DNA of 64,000 bases from Oceanobacillus sp. HTM 045 (GTDB lineage: Bacteria; Pseudomonadota; Alphaproteobacteria; Rhodobacterales; Rhodobacteraceae), in the NCBI GenBank assembly GCA_009733745.1, contig WNWL01000004.1:1-64000 (forward strand), given 5' to 3'. The translations under genes were made by a program, and so were the position numbers. The notes beneath the pieces were generated by a model. That model searched no databases. It saw only the letters and a list, made by a program, of their open reading frames with translations, and was not told the DNA's origin. Shown piece after piece: positions 21,388-30,947 of the stretch; the stretch's first letter is position 1; every line of letters begins with the position of its first letter.

Positions 21388-21448
21388 CCGGCTGACGGAA
21401 CGGACCGCCTGCGCCCCCCGCCATTGCGCGCGGGAGGCGCGGGCGGGC

Positions 21449-22216
21449 TCAGGCGAGCATGCTGCCCACCGGGATGCCGTAGGCGCCGCAATCGGCCCAG
21501 GCATTGCCCTTCACCGTGCGCCACATCATGCCGACATGGTCCACGTCGGCGTAGAAGGCGAGGTAGAGGTCGATGCAGGCGACCACCCCGTCATTGCCGT
21601 AGCCGAGTTGCTTGCGGCGGTAGTCCTGCAGGTCGGCCACCGCCGCGGCGAGGTAGATGCGGGCGTTGTCCTCGTCGATGGGCGGGGTGCCGTCGAGCAT
21701 CTGCATGGCGAGGCGGCCGTGGAGCCGGTCGATCACCCGGTCGGGTCCGATGTTGATCCGCTGCGGCATCAGCCGCGTGTTGCCGCAGAACTGCTTCAAC
21801 CCCTCGAAAAGCGACAGCAATACCTCGTCATTGGCGTGCTGCACCGCCTGCGCGACGATGCCGGAGAAGGTCGGCGTGACCCCGAGATTGCAGTAATGCG
21901 CCGCGTCCATCCGCCGGAAGGCCGTGGCGGGGAGGTCGATCACGTTGGCGTCCTTGTTGAGGAAGCCCTCGTAGGAGATGTCGGTCGAGCGGACGCCGGA
22001 ATCGACCTGGTGGGTCGCGATCGAGCTGACGCCGCCATTGGTGTTGAGCCCGGCATTGTAGGGCGCGGCGTTCAGCCGGTCGGTGATCATCTTGTAGAGG
22101 TAGAGATAGACGAAGAAGTGCCGGAACCGCTCGGCCGCGTGGCCCGGTATGGCGGTGCGCAGCGTGCCCGCGAGGGTGACGGAGGACGGCGTCGGGTCGG
22201 AATGAATGCGCGGCAT
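21449..22216 (-). CDS. Hypothetical protein (255 aa), no recognised family
   Basis: Non-Arg-biased composition (..ISYEGFLNKDANVIDLPATAFRRMDAAHYCNLGVTPTFSGIVAQAVQHANDEVLLSLFEGLKQFCGN..). GGGGAAAA upstream of the ATG. Confidence 0.5.
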   Translation of the reverse strand: MPRIHSDPTPSSVTLAGTLRTAIPGHAAERFRHFFVYLYLYKMITDRLNAAPYNAGLNTNGGVSSIATHQVDSGVRSTDISYEGFLNKDANVIDLPATAFRRMDAAHYCNLGVTPTFSGIVAQAVQHANDEVLLSLFEGLKQFCGNTRLMPQRINIGPDRVIDRLHGRLAMQMLDGTPPIDEDNARIYLAAAVADLQDYRRKQLGYGNDGVVACIDLYLAFYADVDHVGMMWRTVKGNAWADCGAYGIPVGSMLA

Positions 22217-22336
22217 GGGTTTTCCCCGGAAAAGTTGCGACTCGTAACGAATTTCCCGAAATGATAGCGGCCCGATCCTTGGTTGTCTCGGGGCGCGGGA
22301 ATTATCGCGACGGTTGTTGGCCGGGGTTCCGGGGCG

Positions 22337-23332
22337 TCAGGCCAGCGCCGGTTCCTCGTGGGTGATGCAGTGGATGCCGCCGCCGCCGATGGCGATGTCG
22401 GGGACCATCACCTGCACCACCTCGCGGCCGGGGAAGGTGTCCTCCAGCAGGTCGCGGGTGCGGGCGTCGGCCTCGATGCCGTAGGCGGGGGCGATCACCG
22501 CGCCGTTGCAGATGTAGAAGTTGACATAGGCCGTGCAGAACCGCTCGCCGGAGGGGTCCGCCGCGGAGGCGGGTTCGATCGGGATCAGTTCGATGGGGCG
22601 GCCCTTCGCGTCGGTCTGCCCTTCGAGGGCGGCGCGGTTGGCGTGGAGCGCGTCGGCCCAGGGGATCGGGTCGCGCCCGGGCGTCTCGATCATCACCCGT
22701 CCCGGCCCGGCGAAGACGGCGATGCCGTCGACATGACCGTCAGTTTCCTCCTCGTCCCAGTCGCCGGGGAGCCAGATGACCTTCTCGACGCCGAGCAGCC
22801 GGGTCAGTTCCGCGTCGATCTCGTCGCGCGACCAGCCGGGGTTGCGGTTGGGGTTCATCAGGCAGCTTTCGGTGACCAGCAGCGTGCCCTCGCCATCGGT
22901 GGAGAGGCCGCCGCCCTCGAAGGTCAGGTCGCTGCTGGCGGTCTGGAGCCCGAGATGCGCGGCGATGCGGCGGCCCATCTCGGCGTCGTCCGCATGGGGT
23001 TCGTACTTGCCGCCCCAGGCGTTGAAGGTGAAGCAGGACGCCTTTAGCGCGCCGTCCTCGATCACGAAGCTGGGCGCGGTGTCGCGGGTCCAGCTGTCGT
23101 CGATCGGCATCTCGACGACCTCGATATCGCTGCCGAGCCGGTCGCGGGCCGCTCCCGCCGCGAAGGGCGGGGCGAGCATCGTCACCGGCTCGAACCGGGC
23201 GATGGCATGGGCGACCTCCACGAAGGCCGCCTGCGCGGCGGGGAGGCCGCGGAACCAGATCTCCTCCCGGCATGGCCACGCCATCCAGGTGCGGGCGTGG
23301 GGCTCCCACTCCGCCGGAAGGCGTCGGCTCAT
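22337..23332 (-). CDS. Agmatine deiminase / Porphyromonas-type peptidylarginine deiminase family enzyme (331 aa)
   Basis: MSRRLPAEWEPHARTWMAWP...DDSWTRDTAPSFV...GGGIHCITHEEP, the guanidino-group modifying enzyme fold with C-terminal catalytic Cys. The track ORF 22337..25165 is a huge Arg-rich over-extension. Confidence 0.85.
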   Translation of the reverse strand: MSRRLPAEWEPHARTWMAWPCREEIWFRGLPAAQAAFVEVAHAIARFEPVTMLAPPFAAGAARDRLGSDIEVVEMPIDDSWTRDTAPSFVIEDGALKASCFTFNAWGGKYEPHADDAEMGRRIAAHLGLQTASSDLTFEGGGLSTDGEGTLLVTESCLMNPNRNPGWSRDEIDAELTRLLGVEKVIWLPGDWDEEETDGHVDGIAVFAGPGRVMIETPGRDPIPWADALHANRAALEGQTDAKGRPIELIPIEPASAADPSGERFCTAYVNFYICNGAVIAPAYGIEADARTRDLLEDTFPGREVVQVMVPDIAIGGGGIHCITHEEPALA

Positions 23333-23523
23333 ACGGGTTTGACGGCGACCAGCACCACGCCGAGCTTCTGCTCCAGCGCCTCCACGCGGGAGAGCGCCTC
23401 GCCGTCGAGCTCCGCCGGCGGGGTGGGGACCTCGCGCATGGCGACCAGCGGCGTGTCGATCTCGGATTCGAGCTGGCGGATGGCGTCGAGTGCGGTGTCG
23501 TCGAGTTTCGGGCAGAGATACAT
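23329..23523 (-). CDS. Small acidic hypothetical protein (64 aa)
   Basis: MYLCPKLDDTALDAIRQLESEIDTPLVAMREVPTPPAELDGEALSRVEALEQKLGVVLVAVKPV. Strong RBS GAGGAGGA 6 nt upstream of the ATG at 23523. Its TGA overlaps the ATG of the deiminase gene (ATGA). Confidence 0.5.
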   Translation of the reverse strand: MYLCPKLDDTALDAIRQLESEIDTPLVAMREVPTPPAELDGEALSRVEALEQKLGVVLVAVKPV

Positions 23524-23592
23524 CGGCGGTCCTCCTCGGATGGGCGGGTGTGGTGAGCGGGAGTATAGCGCGGTTGGAGCGAAAGTCGCCGG

Positions 23593-24675
<1,083 letters not shown>

Positions 24676-24786
24676 GGGCCGAGTATGGCACCGTCGGCCG
24701 CCCGCTGTCATGCGGGAAACCCTGAGCAGGCCCGTGCGCAGAACCGGGAATCGCTGTAGTCTCGGCGGCAGAAGCCGGGGGAGCAG

Positions 24787-26145
24787 ATGACCGGAATCCG
24801 GCCAGCCGCCGTGGTGGGCACCTTCTATCCGAACGATGCCGAAAGGCTCGCGGAGACCGTGGACGCGCTGATCGAAAAGGCGCGCCCGCTCGGCCTGCCC
24901 GCGCCCAAGGCGCTGATCCTGCCCCATGCGGGCTATCGCTATTCCGGCGCGGTCGCGGCCGCCGGGGTGGCCGCGCTGCCACCGGATGCGCCGGTGCGCC
25001 GGGTGGTGGTGGCGGGGCCGTCGCATCACTTCGCCTTCCGCGGCGTGGCGGTGCCCGCGGCGGATGCCTTCCGCACGCCGCTTGGCGAGATGCCGGTGGA
25101 CCGCGGCGCGGTGGACCGGCTGGCGCGCGAGGCGGACGTGGTGGTGGACGACGCCCCGCACGCACCGGAGCACGCCATCGAGGTGGAACTGCCCTTCCTC
25201 CAGCGCCAGCTCGGGCCGGTCGAGATCGTGCCGATGGTGGTCGGGGCCATCGAGCCCGCGCGGATGGCGGACCTGCTGGCGACGGTCTGGGGCGGGGAGG
25301 AGACGCTGATCGTCATCTCCACCGACCTCTCGCATTTCCTCGACGCCGCGGCGGCGGAGGCGCGGGACGGCGCGACCGCGCGCGCGATCGAGCGGGCCGG
25401 GACCGGCATGGGCCCGGAGGATGCCTGCGGCGCGCGGGCGCTGGCCGGCTTCCTTCACGCCGCCAACGCGCGCGGGATGCGGATCACCCGCCTCGGCCTG
25501 ACCCATTCCGGCAAGGTGGCGGGCGACATGAGCCGGGTGGTCGGCTACGGCGCGTGGATGGCGCAGGAGCAGGACGCGGCCCGCCTGCCGGATGCCGACC
25601 GCGAAGCGGCGCTGCGCCTCTCGCGCCTCGTGCTCAGGAGCCGGGCGCGCAAGGGCAAGGCGCCGGAGGTCGCGACGGGGAGCTTCGCGCTGCCGCTGCA
25701 GGGCATGGGCGCGAGCTTCGTGACGCTGACGCGGGGCGGCAACCTGCGCGGCTGCATCGGCACGCTGGAGGCGGCGCGCCCGCTGGCAGAGGACATCGCG
25801 CAGAACACGGTCCGCTCGGGCTTCGGCGACCCGCGGTTCAAGCCGCTGACCGAGGACGAGATCGACGGGCTGGAGATGGAGATCGCGATTCTCGGCGCCC
25901 CCGCCGAGATGGCCTTCGGCAGCGAGGCGGAACTGCTCGCGATGCTGCGGCCCGGCGAGGACGGGCTGATCCTGGAGGACGGCGGCGCGCGCGGCACCTT
26001 CCTGCCCAAGGTGTGGGACGCGCTGACGACGCCGGAGCAGTTCCTCTCGCAACTCAAGGTCAAGGCGGGGTTGGCGCGCGACCACTGGAGCGGCACGGTC
26101 CGGGTGTGGCGCTACACGACCGAGAGTTTCTCCGGCCCGGCCTGA
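24787..26145 (+). CDS. Fused Memo-like (AmmeMemoRadiSam protein B) / AMMECR1 (protein A) protein, 452 aa
   Basis: N-terminal half ALILPHAGYRYSG...GPSHHF...VISTDLSHF is the MEMO1 family. C-terminal half GASFVTLTRGGNLRGCIGTLEA..GTFLPKVW is the AMMECR1 signature. GGGGGAG RBS. Divergently transcribed from the rSAM gene, 110 bp apart. Confidence 0.85.
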   Translation: MTGIRPAAVVGTFYPNDAERLAETVDALIEKARPLGLPAPKALILPHAGYRYSGAVAAAGVAALPPDAPVRRVVVAGPSHHFAFRGVAVPAADAFRTPLGEMPVDRGAVDRLAREADVVVDDAPHAPEHAIEVELPFLQRQLGPVEIVPMVVGAIEPARMADLLATVWGGEETLIVISTDLSHFLDAAAAEARDGATARAIERAGTGMGPEDACGARALAGFLHAANARGMRITRLGLTHSGKVAGDMSRVVGYGAWMAQEQDAARLPDADREAALRLSRLVLRSRARKGKAPEVATGSFALPLQGMGASFVTLTRGGNLRGCIGTLEAARPLAEDIAQNTVRSGFGDPRFKPLTEDEIDGLEMEIAILGAPAEMAFGSEAELLAMLRPGEDGLILEDGGARGTFLPKVWDALTTPEQFLSQLKVKAGLARDHWSGTVRVWRYTTESFSGPA

Positions 26146-26210
26146 GCCCGTTTACCTTCGCGCAATCGCTGGCTCTTACGGTGGCGCCGCGTCCGACGCG
26201 AGAGGTGCAG

Positions 26211-27257
26211 ATGTCCGAGCCAGCCCCGTCCGTACCGCCACAGCCCGAGATGGCCGAGGCCGAGGTCTATGCCGCGCAGGCGCTCGACCTGGCGGTGCGC
26301 TACCGGACGCCGCCGATCCCGCGCAATTTCGAGGTCTGGTACACCTACGCCACGCGGCAGAACTCCGCCCTCAACACTTCGCTGGAGCGGGTGATGGAGG
26401 ACGGAACGCCGATCGAATCGTGGTGGATCGAGCAGGTCTACAACGACTTCCTCTCGCCCAAGGGCCTGAACGACGGCGTCGCCAAGATCAGCCGGCGGAT
26501 GGATACGGAACTCGGCGGTATCCTCACCCACCTGCAGAACGGCATGAAGGGCAACAGCAAGGCGGTCGCGGCGATCCGGCAGGTGCAGTCCCGCGTCGGG
26601 CAGGCGACCGACAAGCAGGTGATCGCGGAGCTTGGCTCGCTCCTCAACGAGATCGGCAGCCAGCAGCTCAAGGAGGCGCGGCGGCTGGGGCAGAGCCTCA
26701 ACGAGGCGCGCAACGAGCTGGCCGACATGCAGGCCGAGCTGGAGGAGTTGCGCAGCCAGGCCTTCATCGACCATCTCACCCAGCTCCCCAACCGCCGCCG
26801 GCTGGAGGCGGAGCTCGCCAAGGCGCTGGAGCGGGTGCAGACGGCGGGCGAGCAGTCCTGCTTCGCGCTGGCCGACATCGACAAGTTCAAGGGCATCAAC
26901 GACACCTGGGGCCATGCGGTCGGCGACATGATCCTGATGAAGTTCGCCCAGATCCTGAGGGACGGGGTGAAGGGCAAGGACGTGCCCGCGCGGTTCGGCG
27001 GCGAGGAATTCGCCCTGCTGATGCCCGACACCTCGCTCAACGACGGCCGCGCGGTGGTCGAGCAGGTGCGCAAGACCTTCGGCGCACGCTGGTTCGTGGT
27101 GCAGCAGACCGGGCAGGAGGTCGGCCACGTCACCATTTCCTTCGGCGTCACCCGGATCAGGCCGGACGACACGATGGAGACGCTGCTCAAGCGGGCGGAC
27201 GAGTACCTCTACGCCGCGAAGGAGAACGGGCGCGACCAGGTCTGGAGTTCGGAGTGA
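26211..27257 (+). CDS. Diguanylate cyclase (GGDEF domain, GGEEF active site) with N-terminal coiled-coil region
   Basis: ..LTQLPNRRRLEAEL..ADIDKFKGINDTWGHAVGD..RFGGEEFALL.. GAGAGG RBS. The track ORF 25554 is an over-extension. Confidence 0.85.
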   Translation: MSEPAPSVPPQPEMAEAEVYAAQALDLAVRYRTPPIPRNFEVWYTYATRQNSALNTSLERVMEDGTPIESWWIEQVYNDFLSPKGLNDGVAKISRRMDTELGGILTHLQNGMKGNSKAVAAIRQVQSRVGQATDKQVIAELGSLLNEIGSQQLKEARRLGQSLNEARNELADMQAELEELRSQAFIDHLTQLPNRRRLEAELAKALERVQTAGEQSCFALADIDKFKGINDTWGHAVGDMILMKFAQILRDGVKGKDVPARFGGEEFALLMPDTSLNDGRAVVEQVRKTFGARWFVVQQTGQEVGHVTISFGVTRIRPDDTMETLLKRADEYLYAAKENGRDQVWSSE

Positions 27258-27331
27258 CGCTCTGAGGGGCGGGTGCCGCCCCCGGCGCGGGCCGGGGGCG
27301 GCGTCTCTTGCGGCCTGTCACGCCCGCCGCG

Positions 27332-28474
27332 TCAGTCGCGCAGCCGGGCGATGTCGCCGAGCAGGCCCTGGGTCCCGTTGTGGACCGTGAGCCGCTCGAC
27401 CTTGCCGGCGATGGCCTCCAGAGCCTCCAGCTCCTTCAGCCTCAGCATCACCGGGTTCTCGGCCATCACCTTCGCCGTGTTCAGGAGCGAACGGGTTGCG
27501 TTCGTCTCCTCGCGGCGGCGGATGACGTTGGCCTCGGCCTGCTTCTCCGCCGCGACGACCTGGTTCAGGATCTCGCGCATCTCGCCCGGCAGGATCACGT
27601 CCTTGAGCGCGATCTCGCCGACCTCGATGCCGATCCCGGCCATCTCGGCACGGACCTTCTCGGCCGCCTCCGTATCGACAGTGACCTTCTCCTCGAGGAG
27701 CGCGTCGAGCGTCCGCTGGCCGACCGTCTTGCGGAAGGCGAGCTGGAGCGCGCGGTGCAGCGCCTCGTCGAAGTCCTTCACCGCCGACGCGGCGGTCACG
27801 GGGTCGGTCACGCGGAACGCTGCGGCGATGTTGACCCGGATCGTCACGCGATCCTTCGTCAGCACCTCCTGGCCCGTCACGTCATGCACCCGCCAGCGGG
27901 TGTCCACGACGCGCACGGTGACCGGCCGCCCGAGGTTCCAGAACAGGTGGACCCCCGGCGCGAGCACGCCCATCTCGACGCCCCCGACGGTCAGCAGGCC
28001 GACCTGGCCCGGATCGACGGTGGCCTTCGAGACCAGCGACGCCCACGCGCCCCGCTCGATCGCGGTGCGGAGCTCCTCCGGCACCGCGAGCCGCACGTCC
28101 ATCGGGAAGCGCCGGATCTCCCACGGACCGGCATCGGTCCAGTAGACCCCGCGCTCCTTCGGCCCGCGGGCGAGCGCGTGGAGCGCGCCGTCGCGGAACA
28201 GCGCGGCGACCTCGCCCTCGCCCGCCTCGAGCACGGTGAAGTGCCCGGCGGCGAGGTCCGGCCGCTCGCGCAGGATCGCGCGCAGGTAGGGCGTGGTGAC
28301 GCCCGGGCTCACGAGATCGTGCCGTTCGACCTTCAGGTTCCGGCCGCGCGCGGGCAGGCGGTGCCAGCCCGGGCCGAGGATCGCGTGGATCCGGCCCTTG
28401 CACAGCACGATCGCGCGCTCGTTGGTGTCGACGAGGACCCGCGTGGTCCGCGTCAGGAGATCGAACAGCATCAT
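27332..28474 (-). CDS. SPFH/Band-7 domain protein (380 aa)
   Basis: Start MMLFDLLTRTTRVLVDTNERAIVL. SPFH core plus C-terminal coiled coil (..AAEKQAEANVIRRREETNATRSLLNTAKVMAENPVMLRLKELEALE..). The track ORF start 28858 is an over-extension. Confidence 0.8.
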   Translation of the reverse strand: MMLFDLLTRTTRVLVDTNERAIVLCKGRIHAILGPGWHRLPARGRNLKVERHDLVSPGVTTPYLRAILRERPDLAAGHFTVLEAGEGEVAALFRDGALHALARGPKERGVYWTDAGPWEIRRFPMDVRLAVPEELRTAIERGAWASLVSKATVDPGQVGLLTVGGVEMGVLAPGVHLFWNLGRPVTVRVVDTRWRVHDVTGQEVLTKDRVTIRVNIAAAFRVTDPVTAASAVKDFDEALHRALQLAFRKTVGQRTLDALLEEKVTVDTEAAEKVRAEMAGIGIEVGEIALKDVILPGEMREILNQVVAAEKQAEANVIRRREETNATRSLLNTAKVMAENPVMLRLKELEALEAIAGKVERLTVHNGTQGLLGDIARLRD

Positions 28475-28802
28475 GACCTTCACACTCCGGAGCCTTTCCC
28501 TCCGGCCTCTCATTTTGCCTGCCCGGTCCATCCGGGAAGGCGGACAGGAAGCTCCAGGGCCGGCGACCCGGGCCGGCGGCGGGCCTTGGCGAGCGGGCGT
28601 CGGGGAGCCCGGGCGGGACGCAAACGTCCGGCCCGGGCCCGCCTCCGCCATCATCCGCGGCGCGGGCCGCCGGCGCGGGGCATCGCCGGTTCCCGGCGCG
28701 TTGCCCGAGGGCGCCGCGCCGGTCGCCGGCTCCGCAGCCGGCCCTGAAACCCCAGTTCTGTGACCACCTTGTAAGGGTGGGACCGCATGGAAAGCGGCGG
28801 CT

Positions 28803-28873
28803 TGGAAGGGAGGATTCGAACCTCCGACGAACGGTATCGCGACCGGCGCTCTGACCAACTGAGCTACATCCAG
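28803..28873 (-). pseudogene. tRNA-like sequence 1 (probable tRNA remnant or chimera)
   Basis: Reverse complement reads ..CTGGATGTAGCTCAGTTGGTCAGAGCGCCGGTCGCGATACCGTTCGTCGGAGGTTCGAATCCTCCCTTCCAAG. D-arm and T-arm are canonical (GGAGG-TTCGAAT-CCTCC, Arg/Pro-like). The acceptor stem cannot pair and the anticodon arm is only 4 bp with a 6-nt loop. Confidence 0.35.
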
Positions 28874-28948
28874 TGGTGAAGATGACAGGAGTCGAACCTG
28901 CGGCCTCCGGGCGGCCTGCCCGGCGCTCTTCCTCTGAGCTACATCCCC
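28874..28948 (-). tRNA. tRNA-like sequence 2, Ala(GGC)-like with aberrant anticodon loop (possible pseudogene)
   Basis: Reverse complement reads GGGGATGTAGCTCAGAGGAAGAGCGCCGGGCAGGCCGCCCGGAGGCCGCAGGTTCGACTCCTGTCATCTTCACCA. It is 75 nt, all four arms pair, and G3:U70 (the Ala identity pair) is present with CCA encoded. The anticodon loop CAGGCCG has A33 instead of U33 and C37, which is non-canonical. It directly abuts tRNA-like 1 with no spacer. Confidence 0.45.
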
Positions 28949-29220
28949 GACCCCGCCCTGCCGACCGGCCAGCGCACACGGGAGCCGCAGGGCGGTCCCG
29001 CGCCGGGGGAGATTCGGGAACTCCGCCCGCCGTGGCTCGGAAGACGTCCGAGCGGGGAGGCGCCGTATTGGTCGAATCGGGGGCGCGGTGCAACAGCTTG
29101 TCGCAGGTGTTGCGCTCCGGGATCATGTATGTGGCAAAAAGAACACATTCCGGTCGGCGGCGGACGGGCTATCGTGTGGCCAGCCGGGATCACGCCGGCA
29201 CTGACATGGGAGTTTTTCAG

Positions 29221-29646
29221 ATGCGCAAGTTCTTCACCGGCCTCGCCGCCGCCGCCCTCCTCGCCGCCCCGGCCTTCGCCGGCGAGACCCCGGCGCCGGA
29301 GGGGGCGAAGGTCTATTTCATCGCGCCGGCCGACGGGGCGACGGTTTCCGGCTCGGTCACGGTGCAGTTCGGCCTCGCCGGCATGGGCGTGGCCCCTGCC
29401 GGGACCGAGCGGGAGAATACCGGGCACCACCACATCTTCGTCGACCGCGCGCCGTTCGGCGAGGCCGATGCGGCGGACCCGATCCCCGCCGATGACAACC
29501 ACATCCATTTCGGCGGCGGGCAGACCGAGGTGACGCTCGACCTCGCGCCGGGCGAGCACACGCTTCAGCTCGTGCTGGGCGACATGAACCACATCCCGCA
29601 CGACCCGCCGGTGGTGTCGGAAGTGATCACCATCACGGTCGAGTAA
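29221..29646 (+). CDS. DUF4399-family periplasmic protein
   Basis: MRKFFTGLAAAALLAAPAFAGETPAPEGAKVYFIAPADGATVSGSVTVQFGLAGMGVAPAGTERENTGHHHIFVD.., a signal peptide plus conserved DUF4399 blocks. GGGAG RBS. Confidence 0.7.
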   Translation: MRKFFTGLAAAALLAAPAFAGETPAPEGAKVYFIAPADGATVSGSVTVQFGLAGMGVAPAGTERENTGHHHIFVDRAPFGEADAADPIPADDNHIHFGGGQTEVTLDLAPGEHTLQLVLGDMNHIPHDPPVVSEVITITVE

Positions 29647-29650
29647 CCGC

Positions 29651-30940
29651 TCAGAGACGGTCGCGGAGGCTGTACCAGAGCATCGCGAGGGTCTGGAGGG
29701 GTGTGCGGAACCAGCGCCCGCCGGGGAAGGCGGGCGTCGGCAGCTTCTGCATCAGGTCCCACCGGGCCAGCGTGCCGCGCACGGCCTCCGCGGCGATCTT
29801 CCCGCCCATCGTGCCCATGTGGATGCCCGAGCCGGACCAGCCGGAGATCGAGAGGGTACGCGGGCCGAGCCGCTGGAAGGCGGGCATCCGCGTCGCGGTG
29901 ATCGCCAGCGTGCCGCCCCAGGCATGGGTCACGGGAACCTTCGCCAGTTTGGGAAAGACCGTCGCGATCTGGCGGCGGACGGTGGCCTCGATGCTGGCGG
30001 GGAACCGCATCCCGTAGCTCTCGCCGCCGCCCCAGAGGATCCGGTCGTCGGGCGTCGGCCGCCAGTAGTTCAGCACGTATTTCGTGTCGCAGACGGCGAC
30101 GGGCTGCCGGATGAATTCGCCGAGCCGGTCGCCCAGTGGTTCGGTGGCGACGATGAAGTTGTTGAGCGGCAGGGTGCGGCGGGCGGCGCGGGGCACGAGG
30201 CCGTCGATATAGCCGTTCATGGCGGCGATCACCCAGTCCGCCTCCACCGTGCCTGTTGCGGTTTCGACACGGCCGTCGGCGATGGAAGTGGCGGGGCTGC
30301 GCTCGTGGATGCGCGCGCCCGCCGCCGCCGCGGCCCGACCGAGGCCGAGGGCGAGCCGCAGCGGGTGGAGGTGGCCTGCCTCCCGGTCGATGAAGCCGCC
30401 GTGGTAGCGCTCGGTCGGGATGATCTCGCGCAGCTCCTCGCGGCTCAGCGGCGTGAGGCCGGGGTGGCCATAGACCTCGCGCAAATGGTCGAGGTGGGCG
30501 GAGAGTTCGCCCGCGTGGGCGGGCTTCCACGCGGCCTCGACATAGCCGGGGGTCCAGTCGCAGTCGATGGCGTGGCGGTCGATCAGGTCGCGGACGAGGC
30601 GGTTGGCCTCCGCCGCGATGTCCCAGACCTTGCGGGCGTCGTCCTTTCCGACGGTGCGCTCGTACTTGCCGATATCGGCGCGCGGGCCGTAGCCGAGCTG
30701 GCCGCCGTTGCGGCCCGAGGCGCCCCAGCCGATGCGGTTGGCCTCCAGCAGCACCACGTCGAGCCCCGCCTCGGCAAGGTGCAGCGCCGCCGAGAGCCCG
30801 GCATAGCCGCCGCCGACGATGCAGACATCGGCTTTGGTCGAGCCGTCGAGGGCCGGGTGGTCGGGCAACGCGCCGGCCGTTTCGGCGTACCAGCTCCGCG
30901 GGTGCTGTCCGGGCGTGTCGTTGGCGGTGAGGAAGCCCAT
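29651..30940 (-). CDS. FAD-dependent oxidoreductase, gamma-glutamylputrescine oxidase (PuuB/OrdL)-like
   Basis: DVCIVGGGYAGLSAALHLAEAG (the dinucleotide-binding motif of DAO-family enzymes). 7-nt gap after the aminotransferase stop suggests an operon. Confidence 0.85.
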   Translation of the reverse strand: MGFLTANDTPGQHPRSWYAETAGALPDHPALDGSTKADVCIVGGGYAGLSAALHLAEAGLDVVLLEANRIGWGASGRNGGQLGYGPRADIGKYERTVGKDDARKVWDIAAEANRLVRDLIDRHAIDCDWTPGYVEAAWKPAHAGELSAHLDHLREVYGHPGLTPLSREELREIIPTERYHGGFIDREAGHLHPLRLALGLGRAAAAAGARIHERSPATSIADGRVETATGTVEADWVIAAMNGYIDGLVPRAARRTLPLNNFIVATEPLGDRLGEFIRQPVAVCDTKYVLNYWRPTPDDRILWGGGESYGMRFPASIEATVRRQIATVFPKLAKVPVTHAWGGTLAITATRMPAFQRLGPRTLSISGWSGSGIHMGTMGGKIAAEAVRGTLARWDLMQKLPTPAFPGGRWFRTPLQTLAMLWYSLRDRL

Positions 30941-30947
30941 CGGAGCC

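Noticed and set aside
28803-28873. Calling tRNA-like sequence 1 a functional tRNA-Arg.
   Set aside because: Only the T-arm matches. The acceptor stem cannot pair and the anticodon arm is malformed.
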